From Burkholderiales bacterium (GTDB lineage Bacteria; Pseudomonadota; Gammaproteobacteria; Burkholderiales; Burkholderiaceae_C), in NCBI GenBank assembly GCA_017302495.1, contig JAFLDG010000001.1, positions 4,528-68,527 of the forward strand: DNA of 64,000 nucleotides, given 5' to 3'. The notes beneath the pieces are model-generated. The model saw only the letters and a list, made by a program, of their open reading frames with translations, searched no databases and was not told the origin of the DNA. Both the position numbers and the translations under genes were made by a program. The first letter of the stretch is position 1. Every line of letters begins with the position of its first letter. Below are positions 50,510-61,749 of the stretch, in pieces.

Positions 50510-52996
50510 TCACTGCTTCGGCGATGTTCTTGCCCGTCCGGTGACGCCCCTGACGGTCATGGATGACGCTGGCTCCGAGTGCAGCCCGGCCGCCGCGTCG
50601 GCGACTCCGCGCCAGCGCTGCAAGGTCAACGCATTGACCACGACGCTCACGCTGCTGAAGGCCATGGCCGCTCCCGCGACGACGGGGCTCAGCATGCCCA
50701 GCGCAGCCAGCGGGATTCCCAGCACGTTGTAGCCGAAGGCCCAGAACAAGCCCTGCTTGATCTTGGAGTAGGTGCGGCGCGAAACGTCCAGCGAGTCCGC
50801 CACGAGCCGCGGGTCGCCGCGCATCAGCGTGATGCCGGCGGTCTCGGTCGCCACGTCCGCACCGCCGGCCATCGCATACGACACCGAAGCCGCGGCGAGC
50901 GCGGGACCGTCGTTCAGGCCATCGCCGACGAAGGCGACGACGGCACCGGCGTCGCGAAGCTCCTTCACCACGGCCGCCTTGTCGCCGGGAAGAACTTCGG
51001 CACGAACCTCGTCGATGCCGAGTTCCTTCGCGACGGCTCGCGCGGCGCCGCGGTTGTCGCCGGTCAGCATGACCGTCCTGATGCCCAGCCGATGGAGCCG
51101 CGCTACTGCGGCGGCGGCGGTGCTCTTGATCGTGTCGCCGAACGCCAGCAGACCCAGCAGCCGCCACTGGTCGCCGTCGGATCCGACCAGCCACGAGACC
51201 GTCCTGCCCTGCCGCTCGAGCCGCTGCGCGTCGAGCTGCAGCGGGCCCGCGTCCAAACGGAGTTCGCGCAGCATGCGCGTGCTGCCGAGGGCCAGCCTGC
51301 GGCCGCCAACCACACCTTCGACCCCTCGGCCCGGAAGCGCCTTTGCATCGCGGGCCTCGGGCACCGGCAGGCGCCGCTCGCGCACATGGTCCATGACCGC
51401 CACCGCCAGCGGATGACTGCTCGACTTCTGGAGCGCGGCCGCAAGTCGCAACACGTCGCCGCGACTCGAACCCTTGGCCGCCGCCACCGCGGCAAGCGAC
51501 GGCTTGCCTTCGGTGAGCGTGCCGGTCTTGTCGAAGGCGACCACCGTGACGGCATGTGCGACCTCCAGGGCTTCGGCGTCCTTGATGAGGATGCCGCGCC
51601 GGGCGGCGACCCCGGTGCCGGCCATGATGGCCGTCGGCGTAGCCAGGCCCAGGGCGCAGGGGCAGGCGATGACCAGCACGGCCACCGCGTTGATGAGCGC
51701 GTGTTCCCAGTCCCCCGTGGCCACCGCCCAACCGAGAAAGGTCGCCAGCGCGATGGCGAGGACGACCGGGACGAACACCGCGCTCACGCGGTCCACGATG
51801 CGCTGGATGGGCGCCTTCGCGGCCTGCGCCGATTCGACCATGCGGATGATGCGCGCCAGCGTCGTCTCCGCACCGATGGCGGTCGTGCGAACGGTCAGAG
51901 CGCCTTCGGCGTTGATGGCACCCCCGGTGACCTTGTCTCCGACGCCCTTGGGCACCGGCAGGCTCTCGCCGGTGATGAGTGATTCGTCGACATGGCTGCG
52001 CCCTTCGACGATTTCGCCGTCCACGGCGACGCGGTCACCCGGCCGGATGACGACCAGGTCGCCCATGACGACCCGCTCCACGGGAACATCGACTTCCGCA
52101 CCGTCGCGGCGGACGCGCGCGGTGGTCGGCCGCAATGCATTCAGCGCGCGGATGGCGTCGGCGGTTTGCCGCTTGGCCCGGTGCTCGAGCCACTTGCCCA
52201 GCAGGACCAGCGTGATGACGGCCGCCGAAGCCTCGAAGTACAGGTGCGGCACGGCGTGCCCGGCGTGCTCGAAGAGCAGGTAAACCGAAAGCCCGTAGGC
52301 CGCGGAGGTGCCCAGCGCAACCAGCAGGTCCATGTTGCCGGTCCTGGCGAGCACGGCTTTCCAGCCGGCCCGGTAGAAGCGCCAGCCCAGCCAGAACTGG
52401 ACCGGCGTGGCCAGCGCCAGCTGGGCCCAGCCGCCCAGCGTCCACTCGACGCCGAACAGCGACAGCAGCATCGGTGCGACGAGCGGCAGCGTCAGCGCAG
52501 CGCTTGCCGCCACAGGCCACCAGACCGGCGTTCGATGGCTCGGCCGGCGCTCTTGCTCCCGGACCTCCTTCGCCGCGTAGCCTGCCTTCTCGATGGCGGT
52601 CTTCAAGGCAGACACCGGCACGGTCGAAAGCGCCTGGATGGTCGCCTTCTCGGTCGCCAGGTTGACGGTGGCGCCGGAGACGCCGGGAATCTGGCGGAGT
52701 GCCTTCTCCACCCGCGCGACACAGGACGCGCAGGTCATCCCCTCCACCCCGAGCGTCGTCTCGGCGGTCGCGACGCCGTAGCCCGCTTTGCGAACGGCCG
52801 CCGCGAGCGAGTCTGCGGTCACGGAAGCATCGGCGTCGACAGAAGCCTCCTCCGTCGCCAGGTTGACGCTCGCCTCCTTGACGCCCGGAACCGCCGCGAG
52901 CATCTTCTGGATGCGCATCACGCACGAGGCGCAGGTCATCCCGGTGACTCGAAGCTTGATTCCGCTCGGGTTGGACGATGCGACAACGGTGCTCAT
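50510..52996 (-). CDS. copA: Cu(I)-exporting P1B-1 ATPase with two HMA domains
   Basis: GMTCASC twice, TGES, CPC, DKTGT, YN, MAFSS. CueR-type promoter upstream. Confidence 0.92.
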   Translation of the reverse strand: MSTVVASSNPSGIKLRVTGMTCASCVMRIQKMLAAVPGVKEASVNLATEEASVDADASVTADSLAAAVRKAGYGVATAETTLGVEGMTCASCVARVEKALRQIPGVSGATVNLATEKATIQALSTVPVSALKTAIEKAGYAAKEVREQERRPSHRTPVWWPVAASAALTLPLVAPMLLSLFGVEWTLGGWAQLALATPVQFWLGWRFYRAGWKAVLARTGNMDLLVALGTSAAYGLSVYLLFEHAGHAVPHLYFEASAAVITLVLLGKWLEHRAKRQTADAIRALNALRPTTARVRRDGAEVDVPVERVVMGDLVVIRPGDRVAVDGEIVEGRSHVDESLITGESLPVPKGVGDKVTGGAINAEGALTVRTTAIGAETTLARIIRMVESAQAAKAPIQRIVDRVSAVFVPVVLAIALATFLGWAVATGDWEHALINAVAVLVIACPCALGLATPTAIMAGTGVAARRGILIKDAEALEVAHAVTVVAFDKTGTLTEGKPSLAAVAAAKGSSRGDVLRLAAALQKSSSHPLAVAVMDHVRERRLPVPEARDAKALPGRGVEGVVGGRRLALGSTRMLRELRLDAGPLQLDAQRLERQGRTVSWLVGSDGDQWRLLGLLAFGDTIKSTAAAAVARLHRLGIRTVMLTGDNRGAARAVAKELGIDEVRAEVLPGDKAAVVKELRDAGAVVAFVGDGLNDGPALAAASVSYAMAGGADVATETAGITLMRGDPRLVADSLDVSRRTYSKIKQGLFWAFGYNVLGIPLAALGMLSPVVAGAAMAFSSVSVVVNALTLQRWRGVADAAAGLHSEPASSMTVRGVTGRARTSPKQ

Positions 52997-53025
52997 GGGT
53001 GCCTCGGATTGCCGTTCAGATGCGC

Positions 53026-53056
53026 ATCGTCAAGCTTCCAACGCTGGGAGGGTCAA
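53026..53056 (-). promoter_or_regulatory. CueR-type promoter for copA
   Basis: TTGACC-19 bp-GACGAT with dyad ACCCTCC-N7-GGAAGCT. Confidence 0.8.
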
Positions 53057-53129
53057 GCGTGCCGTTGAATTCCGCCCAGGCGCACTGGGGTTTCCATGAT
53101 CCGCCGTGCGGGCCGTGTTGGAGTCGCAG

Positions 53130-53651
53130 ATGGACGCTGATCCCTTTCCCCTGCACCACCAGACCGAGGCCCTGCTGGCCACCGACGCCAGCCGCCTGTT
53201 TGCCTTTCTCGACGACCCTCGGAGCGTCGCCCGTCATATGGAGAAGCCCTCGCTGAGAACAGCCGGTGCGTCGATGCGAATCGAGACCGATGAGCGGCGG
53301 GGGCAGGCGATCGGTTCGCGGATTCGCCTGACGGGCTCGGTGCTGGGCATGTCTCTGTCTGTCGAGGAGGTCGTGACGCGCAGAGACCCGCCTCGGGAAA
53401 AGGTGTGGGAAACGATCGACGAGCCTCGACTCCTGGTCATCGGCGCGTACCGGATGGGGTTCGAGATTTCGCAGCTCGAGCAAGGCTCGAGGCTCCTCGT
53501 CTTCATAGACTATCGACTGCCGCGCAGCGGAATCGCCCGAGGCCTGGGACGACTGTTGGGGCGCATCTACGCCGCATGGTGCACGCGGCGCGCGGCCAAC
53601 GACGCCGAGGCCCGCTTCGGGACGCTCGACGCGGACGCCGGCCGCCGATGA
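53130..53651 (+). CDS. SRPBCC-family protein
   Basis: LFAFLDDP...HM, GSRIRL.G, EEVVT...PPREKVWET. GGAG RBS. Confidence 0.7.
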   Translation: MDADPFPLHHQTEALLATDASRLFAFLDDPRSVARHMEKPSLRTAGASMRIETDERRGQAIGSRIRLTGSVLGMSLSVEEVVTRRDPPREKVWETIDEPRLLVIGAYRMGFEISQLEQGSRLLVFIDYRLPRSGIARGLGRLLGRIYAAWCTRRAANDAEARFGTLDADAGRR

Positions 53652-53695
53652 CGCGGCGTCGCGCGCGCATCGGCGACCCTGCCGGCCACGGGCAC

Positions 53696-54067
53696 TCAAG
53701 GCTTGGCTTGTTTGGCCATCTGCCGGTACGCGGCGGCCATGGCCTCGTAGTCCTTTGCCAGCCCGTCGCTCTTGGTCGCGATCGCATTGCAGTGAGCCGT
53801 CATGCTGGCGCCGCCCCGTCCGCCTGCAACCATGCCTTGGTAGCTCTTGGCCATCTTGCGGTGTTCCGCGGCGATGCCGCGGGACGCCGTGGCCTGCTGG
53901 TCGTAGTAGGTGGCCAAGGCCTCGTAGTCGGCCGGGGTGCGTGCGGCCTCGACGCGCTGCGTCAGGTCGGGTGCGGTTGTGGTTTGCGCCGAGACGCCGC
54001 TGACCCAGATCGCGCTCAGCAGCAACACCGAGGCAAAGCGTCGTGACAGTTTGCAGTTCGTGTTCAT
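53696..54067 (-). CDS. Exported helical protein (ARTPADYEALA..Y, Met/His) downstream of cusA
   Basis: Signal peptide, AAEHRKMA, MTAHC, YEAMAAAY. AAGGA RBS. Confidence 0.65.
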   Translation of the reverse strand: MNTNCKLSRRFASVLLLSAIWVSGVSAQTTTAPDLTQRVEAARTPADYEALATYYDQQATASRGIAAEHRKMAKSYQGMVAGGRGGASMTAHCNAIATKSDGLAKDYEAMAAAYRQMAKQAKP

Positions 54068-54110
54068 GGTCAATCCTTGGTTGACAAAGGTGAAGCGGAG
54101 CGGCCGGGAC

Positions 54111-57100
54111 TCATTCGCCGGCGGCCGCGGAGTGCGCCACAGCCGCCGGTAATGCGGTTGCGTTGCGCGGGGTGCGCGCCAACTGCCACTGCTTGACCAG
54201 GGCATACAGCGCCGGGATCACGCCGAGCGTCAGCACCGTCGACGAGATCATCCCGCCGACCATCGGCGCCGCGATGCGGCTCATGACTTCGGAGCCGGTG
54301 CCGGTGCCCCACATGATGGGCAGCAGCCCGGCCATGATGGCCACCACGGTCATCATCTTCGGCCGTACGCGCTCGACCGCGCCCTCCATGACGGCCGCAT
54401 ACAGATCGGCGGCACCCGGGGTGCGCCCCTCGTTGCGGCAGCGTTGCTGGGCCTGCTCCCAGGCGTGGTCGAGGTAGATCAACATCACCACGCCCGTTTC
54501 CGCAGCCACCCCGGCCAGCGCGATGAACCCGACCGCCACGGCGACCGACAGGTTGTAGTCGAGCCACCACATCAGCCACACGCCGCCCACCAGCGCGAAC
54601 GGTACCGACAACATGACGATGAAGGTCTCGGTCAGGCGCCTGAAGTTCAGGTACAGCAGCAGGAAGATGATCAGCAGCGTCACCGGGATCACGATCTTCA
54701 TCTTCCCTACGGCCCGTTCCATGTACTCGAACTGCCCGCTCCAGGTGATGTAGTAGCCGGGCGGGAACTTCACCTGATCGGCCACCGCCTTGCGCGCATC
54801 GGCCACGTAGGAGCCGATGTCGCGGTCGCGGATGTCGACGAAGATGTAGGCCGACAGCAGCGCGTTCTCGGTGCGGATGCCGGGCGTGCCGCGCGCCACC
54901 GCTACCTTGGCGAGCTGTCCGAGCGGCACCATCGCGCCGCCCATGACCGGCACCAGCACCTCGCGCTCGATCTGCTCGGGGTTGGCGCGCAGCTCGCGTG
55001 GATAACGCACCGTCACGGCGAAGCGTTCGCGGCCTTCGATGGTGGTCGTCACCATCTCGCCGCCGAGCGCGGTGCCGATCACCTCCATCAACTCACCCAC
55101 CGTCAGGCCATAGCGCGCCAGTTGCTCGCGATCGGGTTCGATATTGAGATAGCTGCCACCGGTCAGGCGTTCGGCGAAGGCCGAGGTCGTGCCGGGCACG
55201 TTCCTGACCACGGCTTCGATCTCCTTGGCCAGCTTTTCCATCTCGCCCAGGTCCTTGCCGAACACCTTGATGCCGATGGGCGTGCGGATGCCCGTCGACA
55301 GCATGTCGATGCGCGCCTTGATCGGCATGGTCCAGGCGTTGGAGATGCCGGGAAACTGCAGCGCCTTGTCCATCTCGGCGATCAGCTTGTCGGTCGTCAT
55401 GCCCGCTCGCCACTCGTCCTGCGTCCTGAGGTTGATGACCGTCTCGAACATCTCCAATGGCGCGGGGTCGGTGGCGGTGTTGGCCCGTCCGGCCTTGCCG
55501 TACACCGAGCTCACTTCCGGGAAGCTCTTGATGATCTTGTCCTGCGTCTGTAGGACCTCCGCGGCCTTGGTGATCGACATGCCAGGCAGCGACGCCGGCA
55601 TGTACAGGAGCGTGCCCTCGTTGAGCGTGGGCATGAACTCGCTGCCGAGCCGGGATGCCGGGTAGTACGTGGCGGCCATCGCGATCAGCGCGAGCGCGAT
55701 GGTGAGCTTCTTCCAGCGCATGACGGCGGCGATGATCGGGCGGTAGACCCAGATCAGGAAGCGGTTGAGCGGGTTCTTCGCCTCGGGCATGACCTTGCCG
55801 CGGACGAACAGCAGCATCAGCACCGGCACCAGCGTCACCGACAGCAGCGCCGCGCCGGCCATCGAAAAGGTCTTGGTGTAGGCCAGCGGCGAGAAGAGGC
55901 GCCCCTCCTGAGATTCGAGCGTGAACACCGGCAGGAACGACACGGTGATGATCAGCAGCGAGAAGAACAGCGCGGGCCCCACCTCCTTGCAGGCATCCAG
56001 CATCGCGTCGGCCCGCTCCTGCAGGGTATGGCCCGGTCTTTCGCGATCGAGCCGCTCCAGGTGTTTGTGGGCGTTCTCGATCATCACGATCGCCGCATCC
56101 ACCATGGCCCCGATCGCGATCGCGATGCCGCCCAGGCTCATCAGGTTCGAGTTCATGCCCAGCGCTCGCATCGCGATGAAGGCGATCAGCACGCCCACCG
56201 GCAGCATCAGGATGGCGACGAGCGCCGAGCGCACGTGCATCAGGAAGACGACGCAGACCGCGGCGACGATCAGGCTTTCCTCGATCAGCGTGCGCGTGAG
56301 GGTGCCGATCGCGCGGTGGATCAGGTCCGAGCGGTCGTAGACGGCCGCTATCGTCACGCCTTCGGGCAGGCCGGCCGAGATCTCGTCCACCTTGAGCTTC
56401 AGGTTGTGGATGACCTCGAGCGCGTTCTGTCCGAAGCGCGACATCGCGATGCCCGAGACCACCTCGCCCTCGCCGTTCAACTCGGACAGGCCGCGCCGTT
56501 CGTCCGGCGCCATTTCGACGCGGGCGATGTCGCGGATCAGCACCGGTGTGCCGCCTTCGCTCTTGACGACCAGCGTCTCGATGTCGCGCTTGCTGCGCAG
56601 GTAGCCCTTGCCGCGCACCATGTACTCGGTCTCGGCCATCTCGACGACGCGGCCGCCGATATCGCGATTGGAATCGCGGATGACCTGCGCGACCTTCATC
56701 AGCGGGATGCCGTAGCTGCGCAACTTGAGCGGGTCGACGGTGACCTGGTAGGTCTGGACGAACCCGCCGAGCGACGCCACCTCGGCCACGCCCTGCGCCT
56801 TGGTCAGCTGGTAGCGCACGTACCAGTCCTGGATGGTGCGCAGCTCGGCCAGGGTCTTGTTCTTGGCCAGCAAGGCGTACTGGTAGACCCAGCCGACCCC
56901 GGTGGCGTCGGGGCCGAGCGAAGGCGACACGCCCTGCGGCAGCCGGCTGGAGGCGAAGTTCAGGTACTCGAGCACACGGCTGCGTGCCCAGTAGATGTCG
57001 GTGCCGTCCTCGAAGATGACGTAGACGAATGAGGCGCCAAAGAACGAGAAGCCGCGCACGACCTTGGATTTCGGCACCGCCAGCATGGCGGTCGTGAGCG

Positions 57101-57302
57101 GGTAGGTCACCTGGTCTTCGACCACCTGCGGCGCCTGGCCCGGATATTCCGTGTAGACGATGACCTGCACGTCGGACAGATCGGGCAGCGCGTCCAGAGG
57201 CGTCTTCATCACGGCGTAGATGCCCGCGATGACGATGAACAGCGTCGTCAGCAGGACCAGGAACGGATTCCTGCCCGACCATTGAATGATGTTGGCCAGC
57301 AT
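54111..57302 (-). CDS. cusA: CusA/SilA heavy-metal RND efflux permease
   Basis: DALPDLSDVQVI, GPDATGVGW, AIGAMVDAAIVMIEN, EFMP.LNEG.LLYMP, RIDMLSTG. Confidence 0.93.
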   Translation of the reverse strand: MLANIIQWSGRNPFLVLLTTLFIVIAGIYAVMKTPLDALPDLSDVQVIVYTEYPGQAPQVVEDQVTYPLTTAMLAVPKSKVVRGFSFFGASFVYVIFEDGTDIYWARSRVLEYLNFASSRLPQGVSPSLGPDATGVGWVYQYALLAKNKTLAELRTIQDWYVRYQLTKAQGVAEVASLGGFVQTYQVTVDPLKLRSYGIPLMKVAQVIRDSNRDIGGRVVEMAETEYMVRGKGYLRSKRDIETLVVKSEGGTPVLIRDIARVEMAPDERRGLSELNGEGEVVSGIAMSRFGQNALEVIHNLKLKVDEISAGLPEGVTIAAVYDRSDLIHRAIGTLTRTLIEESLIVAAVCVVFLMHVRSALVAILMLPVGVLIAFIAMRALGMNSNLMSLGGIAIAIGAMVDAAIVMIENAHKHLERLDRERPGHTLQERADAMLDACKEVGPALFFSLLIITVSFLPVFTLESQEGRLFSPLAYTKTFSMAGAALLSVTLVPVLMLLFVRGKVMPEAKNPLNRFLIWVYRPIIAAVMRWKKLTIALALIAMAATYYPASRLGSEFMPTLNEGTLLYMPASLPGMSITKAAEVLQTQDKIIKSFPEVSSVYGKAGRANTATDPAPLEMFETVINLRTQDEWRAGMTTDKLIAEMDKALQFPGISNAWTMPIKARIDMLSTGIRTPIGIKVFGKDLGEMEKLAKEIEAVVRNVPGTTSAFAERLTGGSYLNIEPDREQLARYGLTVGELMEVIGTALGGEMVTTTIEGRERFAVTVRYPRELRANPEQIEREVLVPVMGGAMVPLGQLAKVAVARGTPGIRTENALLSAYIFVDIRDRDIGSYVADARKAVADQVKFPPGYYITWSGQFEYMERAVGKMKIVIPVTLLIIFLLLYLNFRRLTETFIVMLSVPFALVGGVWLMWWLDYNLSVAVAVGFIALAGVAAETGVVMLIYLDHAWEQAQQRCRNEGRTPGAADLYAAVMEGAVERVRPKMMTVVAIMAGLLPIMWGTGTGSEVMSRIAAPMVGGMISSTVLTLGVIPALYALVKQWQLARTPRNATALPAAVAHSAAAGE

Positions 57303-57314
57303 GGTGCTTCGGTC

Positions 57315-58976
57315 TCAGTGGCCGCTGTGGGAGGTCTTCCCAGGACCGGGCGCCGGGACGGCCGGCATCGCGGGAGACGCTGGCGCGCGTGCGGCCGGCG
57401 CTGCAGTGATCGAGGTCACCACGTACTCGCCGGGCTGGCGCTCGACGAACTCGAAGGCCACCGCTTGCCCGGGCTGCAGGCCCTGGAGCAGCCCGCCGTG
57501 GGCGACCTTGAACTCCATCGTCATCGCAGGCCATTTCAAGGCTGCGATGGGCCCGTGACTGAGGCTCACGGTGCCGGCCTTCAGGTCGATGCCGTCGATG
57601 GACCCATCGGCCTTGAGACCAATCACCGGCGGCGCGGACGTGGAGCCGGGTGCCGACGCCTCGGCGCCCTTCGCTGCCTCGCCGTGGCCGGCGTGGCCGC
57701 CGAGACCGCCGACGGCCGCCTTCAGGTTGCTCTCGGCGTCGATCAGGAAGTTGGCCGCCACGACCACCTGCTCGCCTTCGCGCACGCCCTGCAGCACCTG
57801 GACGTGATTGTCCCCGCGCACGCCGAGCTTGACCTCGCGCGGCTCGAAGCGTCCCTCCTGGACCTGCACCAACACGATCTTGCGCGTGCCGCTGTCGATC
57901 ACGGCCGAGTCAGGCACGACCAGCATCGGCGCCTTGCCACCCACCGGCAACTCGACCTGCGCAAACATCGCGGGCTTCAGCAACTGGCCGGGGTTGGCCA
58001 GTTCGATGCGCACCGCCACCGTGCGGGTCTCCGCCTTCATGGTGGGGTAGACATAGGTGATCCGCCCGTCGAACACCTGGTTCGGGTAGGCGCTGATCGT
58101 CACCTTCGCCCTGGCTCCGGTCTTGACCAGCCCGATGTCCTGCTCGAACACGTCGGCAACAACCCAGACGGAGGACAGGTCGGTCACCTGATACAGCGCC
58201 TCGCCCGGCATGAAGCGCATGCCCTGCAGCGCCTTCTTCTCGGTGATCAGACCGGACACCGGCGAGCGGAAGGTGATCGTGCGAGTGGCTTCACCGGTCT
58301 TCACCAACGCCGCCAACTGCTCCGGCGGGAGATCCCAGTTGCGCAGGCGTGCCAGGCTGGACTCCGCGAGCTGCTTCATGCCACCCTGCGCCTCGGGCGT
58401 GGCGTCCTTCATGGCCTGCATGCCCTGCATCGCAATGAGGTACTCGCGCTGCGCCGAGACCAGCTCGGGGCTGTAGACCTCGAACAGTGGTTGTCCCTTG
58501 CTCACCGGCTGGCCCGTCACGTTGACGTACAGGCGCTCGACATAGCCCTCGAACTTGGGGGAGATCGCATACATGCGCCGCTCGTCCGGCTCGATCCGCC
58601 CCGCGGCGCGCACCGTCTTGCCGAGCAGCCGCTCGCTGACCACCTCGGTACGCACGCCCAGCTTCTGGATCTTGTCGGTGCTGATGCGGACCTGGTTGGC
58701 GGTGGCGGGTCCGCCGCCCGAATCCTTGTCCTCGCCTTCGTAGACTGCGATGTAGTCCATGCCCATCGGGTCCTTCTTCGGCGTCGGCGAGGTGTCGGCC
58801 AGCCCCATCGGGTTGCGGTAGTAAAGCAACTTGCGCTGCGGCGCGGCCGCCGGCGCCGAGGCAGCGGCGGCGGTGGCCTCGTGCGCCGCGACCGTCGATC
58901 GCGTGCCGAGCCAATAGCCACCGGCGCCCACGACGCCGAGCACGACCAGGGCGAGCAATGTCGTGGCGATCTTCAA
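57315..58976 (-). CDS. cusB: CusB-like membrane fusion protein with C-terminal CusF domain
   Basis: YYRNPMG..KKDPMGMDY, YSPELVSAQ.EY, ANFLIDAESNL; C-terminal SLSHGPIAALKWPAMTMEF. Confidence 0.9.
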   Translation of the reverse strand: MKIATTLLALVVLGVVGAGGYWLGTRSTVAAHEATAAAASAPAAAPQRKLLYYRNPMGLADTSPTPKKDPMGMDYIAVYEGEDKDSGGGPATANQVRISTDKIQKLGVRTEVVSERLLGKTVRAAGRIEPDERRMYAISPKFEGYVERLYVNVTGQPVSKGQPLFEVYSPELVSAQREYLIAMQGMQAMKDATPEAQGGMKQLAESSLARLRNWDLPPEQLAALVKTGEATRTITFRSPVSGLITEKKALQGMRFMPGEALYQVTDLSSVWVVADVFEQDIGLVKTGARAKVTISAYPNQVFDGRITYVYPTMKAETRTVAVRIELANPGQLLKPAMFAQVELPVGGKAPMLVVPDSAVIDSGTRKIVLVQVQEGRFEPREVKLGVRGDNHVQVLQGVREGEQVVVAANFLIDAESNLKAAVGGLGGHAGHGEAAKGAEASAPGSTSAPPVIGLKADGSIDGIDLKAGTVSLSHGPIAALKWPAMTMEFKVAHGGLLQGLQPGQAVAFEFVERQPGEYVVTSITAAPAARAPASPAMPAVPAPGPGKTSHSGH

Positions 58977-60277
58977 AGGTCTTCTCCCACAATGCGTTCG
59001 ATTTCTGCCAGGCGCACATGCGCCTCGACCTGGGCTTTGAGACGGTCCATCTGCGCCTTGCGAATCTGCCGCTGGGCGTCGAGCAGCGTGGCGAAGTCGA
59101 CCTTGCCGGTCTCGTAGGCGGCCAATGCCGAGCGCAGGCTCAAGTCCGACTGCGGCAGCAACTGGGTCTCGACCAGCACCTCGGTGCGTCGCGCGCCGTC
59201 GAAGGCCGCGAGATTGCCCGCGAGCTCGCCGAGCAACTGGTTGGCCACGGCCTCGGCGCGCGAGCGTGCGGCACCGACCATGGACTCGGCCTCACGCTCC
59301 TGCGCCCGGCGTGCATCCTGCTGCAGCGGGATGTTCAACTCGATCATCACGCCAAACTCGGTCAAGCGCGAGCCCGACTGGACGGTCTGCAGGCCGATCA
59401 GCCAGTCGGGGTAACGGTTGCTCCAGGTCAGGTCCCGGCTCTTCTGCGCGCTCGTCACCCGCGCCTGCTCGGCAAGCAGCTGAGGATTGCGAGCCCGTGC
59501 CCGCTCGGCGAGGCTCGCGGCGTCGGAGGTCGCCAGGCCCGGCAGCGGGCGCAGCACCTGCGGATCGGCAAGTGGAGCGGTGCGGTCGCGAGCCAGCAGG
59601 GCGTTCAGGCGAGCTTGCAGTTGACGCTTCTCGTTGTCGAGCGATATCAGCTCGGAACGCATGGCGGTCTGCTCGAGTTGTGCGCGGATCGCGTCCTGCT
59701 GCGCGACGAGGCCGCCGGCATAGCGTGCCTGCGCGACCTGCTCGAGGCGCGACATCAGATCGAGGACCTCGCGCGTCAGTCGTTCGTTGCCGACAGTCCG
59801 GTAGTACTCGGCGTAGGCGATCTTGATGCGCGCCGTCAGTTCGGCCCAGGTCGCCCCGGCGCGCGCGCTCGCCTGCTCCGCATCGGCTGCAGCGACATCG
59901 CGTCTCAGCTCGCGCTTGCCCCAGCCAGGCAGCGGCTGCATCAGCCGGTACTCGGTCGAACCAGCCTCGTTGCCGTAGTTGTTGATGTTAAACCGCTCGA
60001 CGCGCAGCACGGGGTCGGCCAGCGCGCCCGCCGACCCCAGGCGCTGGGCTGCTGCGTCGGCATCCAGCCGCATGGCAGCAAGTTCCGGACTCTGCACGCG
60101 CGCGTAGTCCAGCAGGCCCTGCACGTTGGCACCGAGCGCACTCTCCTGAGCCCGCAGCGGGCCGGCGATGCCGAGGCAGACGAGTACCCCGGCGGCGAGT
60201 CGGCGCGCCCATCGGGCCAAGACAGCCGGTTCCCAACGGCAAGCCCGACCGTTGACTTGAAGATTCGTGACGTCCAT
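58973..60277 (-). CDS. TolC-family outer membrane factor (CusC-like)
   Basis: OEP repeats, QPLPGWGKR, AYETGKVDFATLLDAQ; upstream of cusB. Confidence 0.85.
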   Translation of the reverse strand: MDVTNLQVNGRACRWEPAVLARWARRLAAGVLVCLGIAGPLRAQESALGANVQGLLDYARVQSPELAAMRLDADAAAQRLGSAGALADPVLRVERFNINNYGNEAGSTEYRLMQPLPGWGKRELRRDVAAADAEQASARAGATWAELTARIKIAYAEYYRTVGNERLTREVLDLMSRLEQVAQARYAGGLVAQQDAIRAQLEQTAMRSELISLDNEKRQLQARLNALLARDRTAPLADPQVLRPLPGLATSDAASLAERARARNPQLLAEQARVTSAQKSRDLTWSNRYPDWLIGLQTVQSGSRLTEFGVMIELNIPLQQDARRAQEREAESMVGAARSRAEAVANQLLGELAGNLAAFDGARRTEVLVETQLLPQSDLSLRSALAAYETGKVDFATLLDAQRQIRKAQMDRLKAQVEAHVRLAEIERIVGEDL

Positions 60278-60603
60278 GTTCGCTTGGTCGTGGTTCGGGC
60301 GTTAGGAGTCAAGGGGTCGATCGGCGGCGCGCTTCCCTGCGCTCCACGGCGACGTGGCGACTGCGCAGTGACGGTCGGAGCCACCGAGGTGGCGATCATC
60401 GCGGCGACAAGGTCGCGACTCGTGGTCATGGCAATGACATGACTCCTTCGGGAGTAGGTGGTGTCAGCTCCGACGGACCCCCACTCGGATCCTGCGGCAG
60501 CAGCGGGATCAGGGGATCATCAGTGGCAGGCCATCGTGCGATGGCAGTGCAGGCCGCGTTTCACTGGTCAGAGCCGGCGGGCGCCGTCTGCCAGTGTCAG
60601 ACG

Positions 60604-61068
60604 CTATAGCGCGAGGCGCAGAAGGGTGATCGTGATGGGCAGGCCCAGTACGCCCTCGCGGCGGGGCGACCACCATTGAACCGGTTCACAAGCTGCGACC
60701 GGATAAAGAATCGCGGCGACCGGGGGCAGCAGTGCGTCAGCCTGCGCCAGGTCGAGCGCCGACTTCAGAGACGGAATCGAGATCGCGGACTTGTCGCAGA
60801 AGTCCTGGCAGTTCGCATCGCCAGGACCTTCGTCATGGGCCGTGCCAACCTGATTCCTTGCGTCGTGCGCCCCGCGAGCTGTCTCGCTCGAAGCAACGGC
60901 ATGATCGACTGTTGTGCGCACCGCCGCCGGGTCGACGGCGACCTCATCGGTCAGAACTGCCGGCTTGGCGACCAAACACGCATTGGCGAAGCCCGCGCCA
61001 ATGCCGAACACCCACAGGACCAGCACGAGGGCAGCCCATCGATGCAGATGGCGGCGGTTTCGAAGCAC
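60604..61068 (-). CDS. Uncharacterised exported leader protein, RLAL family copy 3
   Basis: HRWAALVLVLWVFGIGAGFANAC, CQDFC, LPITITLLRLAL*. Confidence 0.75.
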   Translation of the reverse strand: MLRNRRHLHRWAALVLVLWVFGIGAGFANACLVAKPAVLTDEVAVDPAAVRTTVDHAVASSETARGAHDARNQVGTAHDEGPGDANCQDFCDKSAISIPSLKSALDLAQADALLPPVAAILYPVAACEPVQWWSPRREGVLGLPITITLLRLAL

Positions 61069-61101
61069 GGTGCGGATCTTAGGCGCGTTTGCTGACGTCG
61101 A

Positions 61102-61143
61102 AGCTTAGTCAACGCCCGTGCCGATGCATTTGACCGGCATCAA
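61102..61143 (-). promoter_or_regulatory. FNR-type box with class II promoter spacing
   Basis: Minus strand TTGAT-GCCG-GTCAA (61143-61130), then 22 bp and TAAGCT (61107-61102). Confidence 0.7.
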
Positions 61144-61499
61144 ATTTGGCCTGCGGCGTGCTCATCGATGAGCAGGCTGGCAGGACTCCAGGCATCTGGA
61201 GGTGGTATAGGGCTGCACGCAGGCCACGCTCGGCGATAGGAATTGCGCCGATCGCCCATGGCAGGGTCGTACTCGGTACGAGGGACCGCAATTGGGTGAT
61301 GGCCCCCTCCGCCCTGCAACTCGTCCTGTTCATTGGTGTCGGTCTGACCATCACCACGGTCATTGAACGGCTCGCGACGAACGGATACTGGCTGCAGTCC
61401 TGGACCTAGGGGCCCCGCATGCCGGTCGTGCCGGTGATCGGGATCGGCGCCCTGCCGGCGTTGCAGTGGGTGCTGTAGATGGCACGGTGCAGCGGACCG

Positions 61500-61709
61500 C
61501 TACGTGTCGCGGCGCCGCGGATGACCGCATGCACCCCACAGGTAGGCCTGGTCGAGCATCGGCTCGCACGCCGGCCTGGTCTCGGCGAGCTGCTCCAGCG
61601 CACACAACAGATGGTCAGCCACTTCGATGCAGTCTTCTGTCGAGGCCAGGACGTAAAGCCGCAGCAGTCCTCGCGCCAGCCTGAGCTCCGACTCGGGGTT
61701 GTTTGTCAT
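61500..61709 (-). CDS. Small hypothetical protein (69 aa) behind a CueR-type promoter
   Basis: Strong GGAGG RBS, four Cys, VADHLLCALEQL. Confidence 0.6.
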   Translation of the reverse strand: MTNNPESELRLARGLLRLYVLASTEDCIEVADHLLCALEQLAETRPACEPMLDQAYLWGACGHPRRRDT

Positions 61710-61749
61710 CGTGACCTCCAAGAACGGGTGCCACCCGCACGTCGCTCGC

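Noticed and set aside
61109-61409. Short ORFs on both strands
   Set aside because: No RBS or motifs, and they overlap the promoter of leader copy 3.
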